From Cirrosporium novae-zelandiae (taxonomy: Eukaryota), in contig JAPETS010000017.1 of assembly GCA_026023565.1 (NCBI GenBank), positions 62,001 through 126,000 on the forward strand: 64,000 nt of DNA. Reading direction: 5' to 3'. Every line of letters starts with the position of its first letter. Position 1 is the stretch's first letter. A program made the translations under genes and the position numbers. Below are positions 12,700 to 24,888 of the stretch, in pieces. The notes under the pieces are model-generated. The model searched no databases and was not told the DNA's origin. It saw only the letters and a list, made by a program, of their open reading frames with translations.

Positions 12700-13654
12700 A
12701 TGAGTCTCCCGCAGCTAGGCGATTTTCCACCCTTTGAGCGTCTTTCGGACCATATGTTCGCGACGGATCATGGCAAGCCATTGTTCCCACCTGATGTAGC
12801 CAATGCTTCCACATACAGGATTGAATGGCCTCATGGTTACGGAATGTTCATATTCGAGATCTCTGGAGACTATCTGCAATTCTATCATGTCCTCGCTCTT
12901 GCACTCACGGAGATCTGCTGTGATGAGGGATTTGGAAAGGTAGGTAAATGTTATATGTTGGCTTGTTGAAATGCTAACACGCGATAGGTGTATTGGAGAA
13001 ACTCAAGCCACTGGGAGCTTCCATGCCTGGTGTATCATCCAGGGAAATGGTCAGATCAAGGAAAAAAGGAATGGAAATCTTTAGATCACTTGTGTAAGTA
13101 GCTGCTATCATGTATCTCTAGGGGAATATCTAGATTATTGACTTCAAACGATAGATCGGCTTCAGTAGCTAAATTGTGTGAACTTTCACACGCTTCACCA
13201 CTGCATGCCCATTCGTTTGTGGATATCCACATCAGAAAAAATATCAGCAATAGCGGTTCGAAACAGTACCTGGCAGAATATTATCAGCCCCGCAACTCTT
13301 ATTATCACACCCAAAGATGGATGGTTTCTTGATGATACTACCTCAATGATAGCCAATGGGCAGGTGGTTTCCTATAGCGTAAAACATTCCATGGTTTGCT
13401 ATAACATTGATTCTCTTAACATGTTTGGTGCTGTGGAAAACGGAAAGCAACTTGTGACAAAGCTGGCCGGGATTTGCCACAGTGAGCCTCATAAGATGAT
13501 CATGTACCGCATTACTAGCCATGCTGGGGTCCTATCATTCGACGACACATTTTTTGTTGTGAGAATGTCATTTCCTTTCTGGGGGAGTAAAGATGAAAAG
13601 AGTAATAGCAACCCTGAAGATGAGGACTGGGTGTTAGTCAATGAAGAGGCCTAA
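12700..13654 (+). pseudogene. Hypothetical 3-exon gene with one in-frame TAG (pseudogene or readthrough/edited gene)
   Basis: ATG at 12700. Canonical introns 12940-12987 (gtaggt..gctaac..tag) and 13094-13154 (gtaagt..ttgac..tag) give one frame ending at TAA 13652-13654, broken only by TAG 13166-13168. Confidence 0.6.
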
Positions 13655-14030
13655 TGAGAACCAAGCATTGCTTTAGAATAGGTTGACCTAGATTCTATCT
13701 CAATAGATAATATGAACAGAAGGCTTCGTAGAAATGGTATTCGCTGATTGACCAAGACGTTTAAAGTAGCTGCAGGACCATTTGCTAATCATTGGACTAC
13801 CACTACAGAATAAGGGGTAAAGCCAGGAGGATAGCGATGCTCGGTAAAGCGGCTCTTTTAGAAAACTCATGAATGATTATACGAGAACTCCGAAAGCTTA
13901 TCGGTAATGATTAGAAGATTGGTCGATAGAGATATCACTTTTGGGGTCCGACGATGTTGTCAAGATTAAAGTTTGTTGTTGACGTCATTTAGGGGCTAAA
14001 AGAATTATTCCGACACGGATTCAGAAAAGG

Positions 14031-14302
14031 CCGATCTTCCGACTATCAGACCCAACTCGTCTACTAATTACTCAGTCAGTCAGTATATGAAATTATGATT
14101 CCAAGTAATCTTTCTCTCTTCTTTTCGCATGTCGGCATTAAATATGGTAATATAATGAGATTGTTAACCATATAGATCCTTGAAGTTGAAGATTCTCTTA
14201 CACAAAAAGCCCAGTCGAGACCCTGGATCTCTCAAGACGACAAACCTTAGATCGGATATCACGGCTAATAGTCGTCAAAAGATTCTTAAGTCCGATTCTC
14301 CG
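14031..14302. promoter_or_regulatory. Repeated CCG-N5-CCG motif (CCGATYYTCCG), candidate Zn2Cys6 factor sites
   Basis: CCGATCTTCCG at 14031-14041 and CCGATTCTCCG at 14292-14302, with further CGG/CCG triplet pairs, upstream of the MFS gene. Confidence 0.35.
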
Positions 14303-14861
14303 TCAAAAATACCCGATTATTATTGGTGACTGGTTTATATAAACATTTCTTCCCTCCTCGGTTTTTCGCTTCTTTCAAGATGCCGTTGATTGATGATCTT
14401 ATGCTTTGATACTAAAAAGCTATTGTGGATCATTTAATTATCAATTTTCGTACTTCAATTCTTTCTTTGTTGTTCACTACTGCCAGCGAACCACAGGTCA
14501 TACTTGCTAGTTCCAGATTGTGTATTGTTACTTCCTAAGCTGTTGGATTTCGGCTTCGGCCTTAAGATTCTTGATTATGTGTCGATGCGGAGGACGAGGA
14601 TTATCCCTCTCTGTCGTCTTTTATTCTTCTTCTCCAAAAGAATCCTAATAGTTACCAAAACAGTAGAGATCCCTTTGAATACTTATAGCTTGCCTCTCTC
14701 TTCTATTTTTAATTCCCAAGTCAATCAATAGCATGTTTTATACCCCTCAAAGCTTCCTCCAAATCCATCTTACTGTATCAGAATATCTCTAAGCCTGAAG
14801 GCTTGCCGACGCTTTATATATAATACCAAGAAACCTTCAGTCTTGTCATTTATTGGACGCC

Positions 14862-16541
14862 ATGAGTACCAAAGAGCCAAACACCACTTCCCCAAGGTCG
14901 TCTTACTTTGATTCTGCCGCTCCAACTCCTGGTCGCGTTAGCTTTAATCCTCCAGATGATAATTCCACCGACACGTTAAGTTCTGACGCACAAAGGCGAG
15001 ACGAGTATCTGCGCCGGAAGGCAGCCGGCCTTCCTCAAAATGAAGACCAAGATCCGTATTTCGCAGATGAAGGTGACCAGGATAGAGATATCGAAAAAGA
15101 AGGAGCAGACGAACCACAACACCCTCCAGCTGAAGATAAAGATCCCAACCTTGTCGTCTGGGATGGCCCCCATGACAAAGAGAATCCGATGAACTTTACC
15201 ATGACCAAAAAATGGGTCATTACCTTAACCCTGGGCTTCATGACTTTCGTCATCACGTTTGCCAGTAGCGTCTTCAGCACTGCAACGGTAGTTACAGCAG
15301 AGCAATTTCATGTTTCGACAGAAGTCATGGTTCTCGGCACCTCTCTCATAGTCGCTGGCTTTGCCGTTGGGCCCCTTATGTGGGGTCCTCTCAGTGAAGT
15401 GTATGGTCGCAAGATCCCACTCTTCGCCGGTTTCTTCATCTTTATGATCTTCCAAATCCCAGTGGGCGTTGCGATTAACATTGAAACCATTATGCTCTGC
15501 CGGTTCTTCCAGGGTGTCTTTGGTTCTGCTCCTCTTGGAATCGTCGGCGGAGCTCTCGCAGATTTCTGGGATCCCGTCAATCGGGGAATTGCAATTGCAG
15601 TATTCGCAGCAGCAACATTTCTCGGACCAGTATTTGGACCTATTCTAGGTGGTTTCATCGTCCCATCTCATCTTGGCTGGCACTGGACTGCCTGGATCAC
15701 CATGATCATGGCCGCTCTTTTCTGGCTCATCGGCCTCTTCCTTGTCCCAGAAACATTTGCGCCACTTATCCTCACGCGCCGTGCTGCTCGCCTCCGTTAT
15801 ACAACTAAAAACTATGCTTACCATTCAGTTGCCGAAGAATCGCCACTTAATCTCAAGAATCTTGTTGAAAAATACCTAAAGCGCCCCTTCAAGATGCTGT
15901 TCTTGGAGCCTATTCTTGTCTTAATCACAATGTACATGTCCCTCATATATGGAATCTTGTACCTTTTTTTCGAAGCCTATCCTATCTCTTTTCAAGAATC
16001 TCGTGGCTGGTCTCCTGGTGTCGGTGCATTACCATTCCTCGCCATCACCATCGGTGTGCTTATTGGGGCCAGCATTATTACATACGTTACCAAAACTCGC
16101 TTTGCGAGCAAAATGAAGAAGCACGGTCATATTATCCCAGAAGAGCGTCTTCCTCCCATGATACTTGGTGGCGTACTACTGCCCATAGGACTGTTTTGGT
16201 TCGCATGGACAAGTAACCCACACATTAGCTGGGTCCCACAAGTCATCTCAGGTATCTTCATTGGCTGTGGTATCTACATGATATTTTTGCAGGCACTCAA
16301 TTACATTGTCGACGTTTACCTAATGCACGCCAACAGTGCAATTGCAGCAAATACCCTGTTCCGATCATTGGTCGGGGCAGGCTTCCCTATGTTCGCGTCG
16401 GCAATGTACCACAACCTTGGAATTGCCTGGGCAACCTCTCTGTTGGCTTTCCTGTGCACCGCAATGGCACCCGTACCTGTGCTCTTCTACTTTTATGGGA
16501 AAAAAATCAGGGCTATGAGTCGATATAGTCCTACTGCATAA
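14862..16541 (+). CDS. MFS drug:H+ antiporter (DHA1 family, Tpo1/Flu1-like)
   Basis: VVWDGPHDKENPMNF, GPLSEVYGRK, PETF and PEERL motifs; about 12 TM segments; intronless; first ATG at 14862. Confidence 0.93.
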   Translation: MSTKEPNTTSPRSSYFDSAAPTPGRVSFNPPDDNSTDTLSSDAQRRDEYLRRKAAGLPQNEDQDPYFADEGDQDRDIEKEGADEPQHPPAEDKDPNLVVWDGPHDKENPMNFTMTKKWVITLTLGFMTFVITFASSVFSTATVVTAEQFHVSTEVMVLGTSLIVAGFAVGPLMWGPLSEVYGRKIPLFAGFFIFMIFQIPVGVAINIETIMLCRFFQGVFGSAPLGIVGGALADFWDPVNRGIAIAVFAAATFLGPVFGPILGGFIVPSHLGWHWTAWITMIMAALFWLIGLFLVPETFAPLILTRRAARLRYTTKNYAYHSVAEESPLNLKNLVEKYLKRPFKMLFLEPILVLITMYMSLIYGILYLFFEAYPISFQESRGWSPGVGALPFLAITIGVLIGASIITYVTKTRFASKMKKHGHIIPEERLPPMILGGVLLPIGLFWFAWTSNPHISWVPQVISGIFIGCGIYMIFLQALNYIVDVYLMHANSAIAANTLFRSLVGAGFPMFASAMYHNLGIAWATSLLAFLCTAMAPVPVLFYFYGKKIRAMSRYSPTA

Positions 16542-17543
16542 GTGTGATGATTGAGATGGAATGGGCATTTATCAAGAAGTGGGATGGATTGATGCATTGC
16601 GAATGGCGTTCAAGGCATATCAACTTCACTGGCACGATTTGTATGATATGGCGATATGCTGTGTTTATTATAAAAGATAATGAATATATTGTATGATAAT
16701 AAAGTGGTGTTCTGATAGAAGCGCTTATGAATCTAATGACCTAGGTAATAATATCAAGATGACGTTGATCTATTTCTGGTCAAGGGAATTAATTAGACTA
16801 GTCTACATTAGGCTACACTAAACTACACTAGGCCTAAATGGAGTTGGTGTCATTTGACCTTCATCCTCGATCCAAAATTTACTTAAACAAGTTAACAACA
16901 AACTCCAACAGAGTAATTATTATATTATTCACTAGGCACTAAGAACTTACTTCATCTTAAAAATGATGTGAGCTTAATACAGTTATCAACTACTCTAATT
17001 ATGAAGTTAAGGATTCGCTGTGGTATAGTAATACACCTTGATCCAAACGTTGTTCACTCGATGGCTTCTCGCATACAGCCAATGAATCCGTTCCATAACC
17101 GCTGGACTGACCCGCCCCGCACACCTTCATGATTAACACCACGGTACATGATTGGAGACTTTTTTCTATCAAATTGTGATTGGGGATCTTTCCTGGTCAT
17201 CTAAAGACATCCAGGAACGAATATAGAATCATTTCACGCTGCCAAGGAATCCTGCAATCCATCTCTTCATGACAGCGCGAAGAGGCGGATGGCTTTTATC
17301 AGTCAACGTTCCTCCACTTTGGGTTTACCATCGTTTCCTTTCTTGCTGGGGTTTGCCATTTTTGTTTATATTGGTGTTTCTCTTCTCTCCCCTCATTCCT
17401 AGCATCATCGGGGCAGATTACGGGCAGGTCTCTGGTCTCCCGCGTTGCCTTTTACCCCTTTACTTTCCTCTCCGTGCAGTGCGCGAAGAGATACAGTTTC
17501 TGTCTATTTTATCATTGTTCATATTATTGTAGCATATTGCAAC

Positions 17544-19648
17544 ATGTCGTCGGCTCCCATGTTTCACTTGCCTCTTACGCAAGATAACTTGAATCAACTC
17601 AATCGCAAAGCAGACTCGAACGATGATGTTGAACTTCAAGATCTAGGGATCAAGGATCATCCTATTCAAGTGGTTGAACGAGAAGTGGAAGAAGGATCCG
17701 AAACGCCATCATTACCTCTTCCCCCCAAGGCTCATATTATCGACCATGGCCGGTCAGGCTCTTCGCATTCACAGACCAGAGGACCTCTACTCCCACCGCT
17801 TGATACGAGAGCCTTGCGCGGACCATCTCCCCCACCACGACCGTATCAAATGATGTCCCCAGTCCCTCAACGGACCCTCAGCAATACTACTAACGCTAGC
17901 CATGGCCCGTAAGTGACCCATCTTCAGTTCCTAGATTATTTGCCTAACAAACATTTACTGGTGTTCTCATCGGAGGATGTGGAAAAGAAGAAGACTCAAC
18001 TCACTGATTTATCCCTTAACATAGGTCAAGCGACCCACCACCAATACGATCAATATTCCCTCGATATAATCCTAATCTGCCCCCCAATAAACAGGCGTAC
18101 CGCCCGCAGCCAATGTCACTACCAGGCCCGCTGCCTAGAGCTGTCCTGAACAGAAGCGAATATAATGCTAGCCCGAGTTTACAATCACAAAATCGAATAG
18201 ACGTTACCGTAGGCCCAAGGACAGCTCCTGCAAGCATCCTCAGTTTCCCTTTCGAAGAATCAGGCCCAAAGTCCCAATTTGTCAATCTTGAGGATTTGGC
18301 GATGTTGTGGGATATTGCAAATGGCCAGAATTGTGGTGAGGATGAGCAAGAGTTTAATTTGAAAATGCACAGGTAAGATACACTCATTAAACTGAGCCGT
18401 GATCACTACCATCAACGATAAAATACAATTGGCTTCCTGAAGGTTTGGTATTGTGCTCAATTGAGAAATTCAAATATTCAAGATGTTTTGAATAGTGCCT
18501 CGGTTGCTCATTTTCCACAAAGCTGCAGCTTATGTATCAATGGTATATGTTAAATGTAGGCTAACAAGAACTCCAGAGGCCAAAGCTCTCTATTCACCTT
18601 CGGCACATCCATACCCCATCGACCATTCTATACCTTGCAAACTTTCAACACCGACATCACCATCCGACGTACTCATCCACTCAAACCACGACTCTCTGTC
18701 CCCATAATGATCCTTCATCTTGAGCCACCATCGCGTCGCTTACCCCCCGCCGACGGCCTCGTCACAACCATATTTCCAAAACTAGCTGCAATGCTAGCCA
18801 TCGACCAAGCAGCCGAGATGGTCGAAGCCAACAACATGACCCCGCAAGAGGCAGAAATAATGGCCCAAGCGGCGGTGCAACGAGCCGCCGAATCCGAAGC
18901 CTGCAAATTAATCTGGTCGGACGCTTCCAACCGCTATGAACTATATCACCCGCAACTCACATCTCTACTTTCGGACTCGAACCAACAACCTACATCAAGT
19001 TCTCCTTCAGAACCACTTCTACCTTTCCACATCATCATCAACCCCACGTCTCTAACAGACCCGACACCCCAAATTGAGCTCACCCATCCTAATAACCCTT
19101 CACCCTCGTCAATCCTCGCGTCTTTCTCCCTATCAACACATACCTTAACGTTGCGCCCGGATCTCTACAACCCCCTCCTCCCCAACTCCCTCTATGCAAC
19201 CGACGTCATCACCAGCACGCTCATCGCAATCTCCCTTGTCGACCCCTCCTGCAACCCCGTCCTCGCCTCCCTCCCCCTCTCCACCGAATCCTATGACCTC
19301 CCCCCAACAAGGAGCCTCCAATACTCGCCCACCTCCTCCACCACTACAACCTCTATCTCCGTCATGAAGCAAAAAAACAAAAAGAAAAAGAAAAACAACA
19401 AAAGGGGTGCCAACGGCTTTGTGGAAGACGTAGAGAAATTTGCAGGGATCGCAGTCGGGGGGTATTATGAAAGTGAGAATGGGGAGAAAGTTGGGGAGAA
19501 AATGCCGTTTGTGGTGAGAGGATTCGTGAAACTCATTTACTGGGGGTTTAAAATGTTGCTTTGGATGGTAGGCGTCGCTTTTAACGTGCTTTACGCCATT
19601 TTGATTGGGTTAGGGAAGTGTGTCGGGACCGAAGCGGGGACGAAATGA
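17544..19648 (+). CDS. Conserved-looking fungal hypothetical protein, Pro-rich N-terminus and C-terminal TM segment
   Basis: Introns 17909-18024 and 18373-18576 join three ORF pieces in frame (PPIRSIFPRYNP, LAMLWDIANG, DGLVTTIFPKLAAMLA). Confidence 0.75.
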
Positions 19649-20265
19649 GAGAGATATTTAGTGGGACGCAAAGACGCAACATGGGAGATTGAACGAGAGA
19701 TTCCACATACTCAATGGCTTCAAGATGGATGCTCTCTATTTCTATTCCTATTCCTATGTTTTCTATTCTGGTTAGGTAAAGGGAGGTCATGATCATGCAT
19801 GGGTGGGTTACCCGCCTACATATCACGAGGGAACATACAAGCGAGAAGGACCAAAAGACGGAAGGATAAAGGGACCAAATGGTATTGGTATCGGTATCGG
19901 TACGAAACGTCTATGGTACATGATATACGGTATACGGGACTGATTGATTGATTGCATGAATATATACAACGGCGCTGTGAATAGTTGGGTTGAGCTTCCG
20001 TTCTATTGGGGCCATGGAACTAGGAGGAGGGGAAAAGGGCATATATTATACAGTATTGTGTGTTTGCTATAAGGGTTTTAATTAATTGTATAAGGATGTG
20101 GGCACGTGGGATGTAAGGGTCATTGAATGTATGTATGCAATGTGCAATGTGCAATGGAATGGAATGCCACAAAACCACTAGAGAGAGATATATACTCGAG
20201 GAATAATAGGTGTAGTCAAAATATGGTGTATCGGCAATAGAAAGAAAGGAAATGGCCCATGATGC

Positions 20266-20364
20266 CGGCAATGTTCGGAATAGATGTCTAATAATCGTAA
20301 ATGCCGTTCCGCCTTGTTCCGAAGTCACATGATAAGATTAAAATGCCAGTGGACTAAACCTCGG
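20266..20364. promoter_or_regulatory. AcuK/AcuM (AOD2/AOD5)-type CGG-N7-CGG sites plus a FarA-type CCTCGG upstream of SFC1
   Basis: CGG-CAATGTT-CGG 20266-20278, CCG-CCTTGTT-CCG 20309-20321, CCTCGG 20359-20364. Confidence 0.55.
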
Positions 20365-21156
20365 TTCCCCCGCAAAAGCCTAAAAATGCTCAGTGACACA
20401 ATAACTTCCTTCTCTTTGACCGACGACTCTCCTTCTTCTCCCTCTTATGAAACTTCACATGTCATCATACCATAGGCACACAACTCTTAGCCCACGAACA
20501 TGTACATTCTACTTTCTACCCAACAAAGGTCATCTGGCTCATCGGTCAATTGATCAAAATGAAGAAAAAAGAAAGAAAAAAAAGAGGCAATCCAATGTGA
20601 ATCATCCGTTAAATGTCACGATGACCAGAATTGACTCCAATTACTTGTTCCGGCCGTTCGTCGAACAAAAGGGAAAAAATCCACCCTCCAATCTACTTCC
20701 GCTCGTCCATGCTCATGTCCGGCAACGCCATAACTTACCCTCCCCGGCTTCCCTTCCAACCAGTTCCATTTCCCTTTACCTCGTTCCTTGGCCCTAGTGG
20801 GCAAGTCTACCCCGGAATTTGTTTGCATATGCTTTAAGAGTCCATAGGTCTCGCCTTTTTTCCCTATACTTTTGATCTTCTGAAACCTTCGCAAGTTTTT
20901 ATTTCTTTCCTTCCCCTCTTATGGTCTTGGGTACGACAATCTCCTCTCTGTTCTTACGGTTATAGGCATATAGAACTGTGTTGGCTATCGGCGTTCACGT
21001 TAACCACGATTTTGATCCTGAATAGACTTTGAACATCTATCTTCCGACCAGATCATCTGTGTATTATATTACAGTCGGAAGGCCCCACGGTAATCTTAAA
21101 CCCGAGAACTTGACGGTGACAACGAATATCATTGGGGACGAAGAATCGGTGTCATA

Positions 21157-22252
21157 ATGTCGGCGAAGAGTGTACAAGGGCCAGGGGGTAAGAAGCCCGC
21201 TTCGGCGGCCACGAATTTAATTGGTATGGATATACTCTGGGTCACATGTCTATTGGTTGCTGATGAGAGGAATCTAGCTGGTGGAGGAGCAGGAATGATG
21301 GAGGCATTGGCGTGCCATCCGCTGGATACAATCAAAGTCCGGATGCAGCTGTCAAGAAGAGCACGAGCACCAGGAGTACGTTCCCCGACTCGAATTATGA
21401 TTTACCTCCGATGTCCCAGAACCTAACCCTTCACATCAGGTCAAGCCCCGGGGCTTCATAGCTACAGGTAGAGAAATCGTAAAACGTGAAACACCTCTTG
21501 CCCTCTACAAAGGACTTGGTGCTGTCGTAACGGGTATTGTGCCTAAAATGGCGATCCGTTTCACCTCATACGAATGGTACAAACAACTTCTGGCGGACAA
21601 AGAAACAAACACTGTCAGTGGCCGCGCCACCTTCTTCTCCGGTCTCGCAGCGGGTGTAACCGAAGCCGTCGCCGTTGTCTGCCCCATGGAAGTCGTAAAA
21701 ATCCGTCTGCAAGCCCAGCATCACAGCATGGCCGACCCGCTAGACATACCGAAATATCGAAACGCAGCGCACGCGCTCTACACCGTTCTCCGCGAGGAAG
21801 GCGTCGGCGCCCTATACCGCGGCGTATCTCTCACAGCCCTCCGGCAGGGCACCAATCAAGCTGTCAACTTTACCGCCTATGCAGAACTAAAGTCCTTTCT
21901 GCAACGATCCCAACCTGGTTACGCTAACGCTGAACTCCCCTCCTACCAAACCGCAGTCATTGGTCTCGTCTCCGGCGCCATGGGCCCCCTCTCCAACGCT
22001 CCCATCGACACCATAAAAACACGTCTCCAAAAGACGCCCGCCGCACCGGGTGAAAGCGCCATGAATCGCATTGTTGGAATCACAAGAGAGATGTTCAAGC
22101 AGGAAGGCGCAAGGGCGTTTTATAAGGGGATTACTCCCCGTATTATGAGGGTTGCGCCGGGACAAGCAGTTACCTTTACAGTATATGAATTTTTGAAGGA
22201 GAGATTGGAGAAGACACAATGGGCAATTGTTGGGGGACAATACGAGGAGTAG
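21157..22252 (+). CDS. SFC1: Mitochondrial succinate/fumarate carrier (acuL/ACR1)
   Basis: Three PX[DE]XX[KR]XR carrier motifs (HPLDTIKVRMQ, CPMEVVKIRLQAQHHSMADP, APIDTIKTRLQ). Introns about 21224-21278 and 21376-21439. Confidence 0.95.
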
Positions 22253-23052
22253 GCATTTAGTTGTTAATAAGGGACGAAGTGTTGTTGGAGATATTGTTGG
22301 ATGGTGATGATAACGACGATGATAAAAGCATATTCGTGGGGAGGACGTGAAGTTTAGAAGTCTGATACTCGAGAATATCAGAAACTCGCCAGCCTGTGGC
22401 GGGTTTCTGCTGTAAAGTTGGAGAACGGGACGAACCAGGGGATGATGGATGGATGGGCGGAAGAAGCCGATTCGTGTGTCGAACAAATGTGCCTCGGCAC
22501 AACCCACACGTTTGACAAGACATTGTTGATATCTACATTTGCCCTAAGCGGCAGCCGGGCTCTCTCTCTCGGCTGAGATTTTTGTGCATAGTTAGCGAGT
22601 TTTCTGTTGGATATTTATTTATTCTTCAAATTCTTTTTTTTTAAAAAAAATATGCTTATCTGGATATTCTCCTTTGCATCGATCGTTGTCTAGAGTGTGG
22701 GCTAAATAAAAAAAAAGGTTTTTGTACATGTACCAAGTCTCTCGAAGATGATAGTATGAGGTTGAGGCTGTTATATTTACTACTAACTAAGAAATCGGAG
22801 AGGGTCTTTTGAACGTCTGTCTCTTTGATCTTAAAATAGAGTTTTTTTTTGAATTGTTCATTGTTCAAAGCCAATTCATATTAGCAATGCGAAGATGGAC
22901 TAACTATGCATAAACACAAACACAAGTAGTTTTACCATCTTCTCTTCTCTTTGGTGTTGCAATTTTCATCAACTTGTTTGTATCTTCCACCGACGACCAG
23001 TAAGCAAATAGCCATTAAGGTAACCCCCCCCTTCCGGAAGATATTCACGACC

Positions 23053-24467
23053 TCACCACATCCTCTCCTTCTTAATATCGAGCGCGCCTCCAGCTATGCC
23101 GACCTTCTCAACAAACTCATCGCCCAACGAAGCTGGTGTCAAAAATCCGCTTCGGATCTTGGAAACAGGTTCACTTTTGCCTCTTAGGATGGTCATTGCG
23201 GCCTCGCAGCCCAACATTGCGGTCAAGGGGTATAAGCCGCCCTTCCAGTAAAATTTGCCAAAGCCGACGGCTTTGCCGTCGCTGTTGTATGCCACTGCTC
23301 GTGTTTCCAAGACGTCTTTTTCTACGCCCTGGGGCCCTGTGCCAGGAGATGGGATGACTTTTAGGAGTAGGGTGCGTAGTGGGGGGAGAAGGCCTAAGAT
23401 TATCATGCCGACTGTCATGGAGACGTAAGTGAGGACTTGGGAGATGGGATTGGATGCACGGGCATATTCTTTGTAGACGAGATTGGGAGGGTAGACAGAA
23501 GGGATGAGGTTCACGCTTCGAGTGACTGTGTGGACGTTTGGCATGGACATCATCGATGGATATAGGTAGCCAAGGTGGGGGTTTTTGTGCATTTTGTGCT
23601 CTGGGAGTGGAGGGTTGGAGGGGATTAGCTCCTCGTTCGAGTAATCCCGGTTGGTGGTTAACATGGTTGCGATGGTCCCACCGGAGGGGCGAGGTGCGAG
23701 GGTGTGGATGCAAGCTTCGATGGTTTTGGGAGAAGCGGGGGAAACGTGTTTATAAAGGGTGTACGCAAGGAGGTCGGAGGGGGCGGATTCAACGGCTACG
23801 GAGGTGATGATCTAATATAGAAGTAAGTTGCAGGTCCAAAGATGTCATGTTTAAGAACGCCTCCATGTGAATTGTCAGTTCACAAGGCCTTTTGGGAACA
23901 CAGCCCGGGTTGCCAGCATGAATTAAGGGATAAGATAAAACGCACCATTGCACCACTCTTACGAGCAGTTTCGTCATACTTCCTTATCATTTCCTCAACC
24001 CAAACTGTTTCACCCGTGCTAGATACCAATCAGCTTAATGTATATTCCTCATAGCAAGTCAAACGCACAAATCCAGATAATGGGTGCCATTTTCAGCGCA
24101 GGCTTCAACAACCGGGGTCGAATATATATGATAGGGACCGACACAATTGATGATGACAATGGACTTGGTCGCTAGATCATTGAGTTCCTCTTTCTCGAGC
24201 GGAACCACCAAGACGTCTACACGGAATGTGAGTTTGCTGGGTGACAGGAAAGGGAGCAATATCACAAGTAGACTTACCTGGTTGCAATCGATCAGGGTTG
24301 AGTTTTTTGGCATCGGCCACGATAGAGGAAAGCTTCGATTCCGATCGTCCTGCTACTGCCCATCTGAAGTTGGTAGGGAAATGTACGGTAACATACTCGA
24401 CACATAGTTGGCCAGTGAAACCAGTGGCTCCAAGTAATACCATCTCATATTCGCGTTTTAATTCCAT
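23053..24467 (-). CDS. Saccharopine dehydrogenase-like oxidoreductase (SCCPDH family)
   Basis: LLGATGFTG, WAVAGRS, INCVGPY, HYLDFTGE, SGFLTPASLG. Introns 24217-24277, 24019-24068 and 23812-23945. Confidence 0.88.
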
Positions 24468-24888
24468 GGTCAAGTTAGGTAAAGGAGCTGTCGAAAGAGA
24501 GCACTTGAAGACAACAATCGAGTATGGCACTCAATTGGCCTAGGAAGGGCCATCTTGGAATTTATATGGAGGCCCATTGTGGGGTGCCACCCTTGCCTTG
24601 TCTTGCCTTGACTTGCCTCGACTTGCCTAGGTACGGAGCATTGTCGAGTTCTATGAAGTTCGACCTTGATTAGCATCTGCCGTATCGGCTGTTTGTTTGC
24701 TTGAAGTAAAAGTGGCAACGGATCGGAATAGATGTTACTCCGATCCGAGTCCGGTTCTATTAGGGCAAACTAGTTACCTCTTTAGTATTAGATCAACCGA
24801 GACCCCCACACATTTCACAGCTTTCCAACATCGCGATTCAGCAACCATCTACCTCCAGCTTTTCCATCACCACAAACTCGCAGACAAG

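Noticed and set aside
16740..17040. TpA-rich stretch as a mobile element
   Set aside because: Composition is suggestive of a RIP relic, but I see no termini or coding remnant.
21887..22507. 206-aa minus-strand ORF
   Set aside because: Antisense shadow of SFC1 and its 3' UTR.
23812..23945. Longer intron as a TPP riboswitch host
   Set aside because: Lacks the CTGAGA and GAACCTGATC/GATAAT core motifs; the same holds for the 54375-54589 intron.
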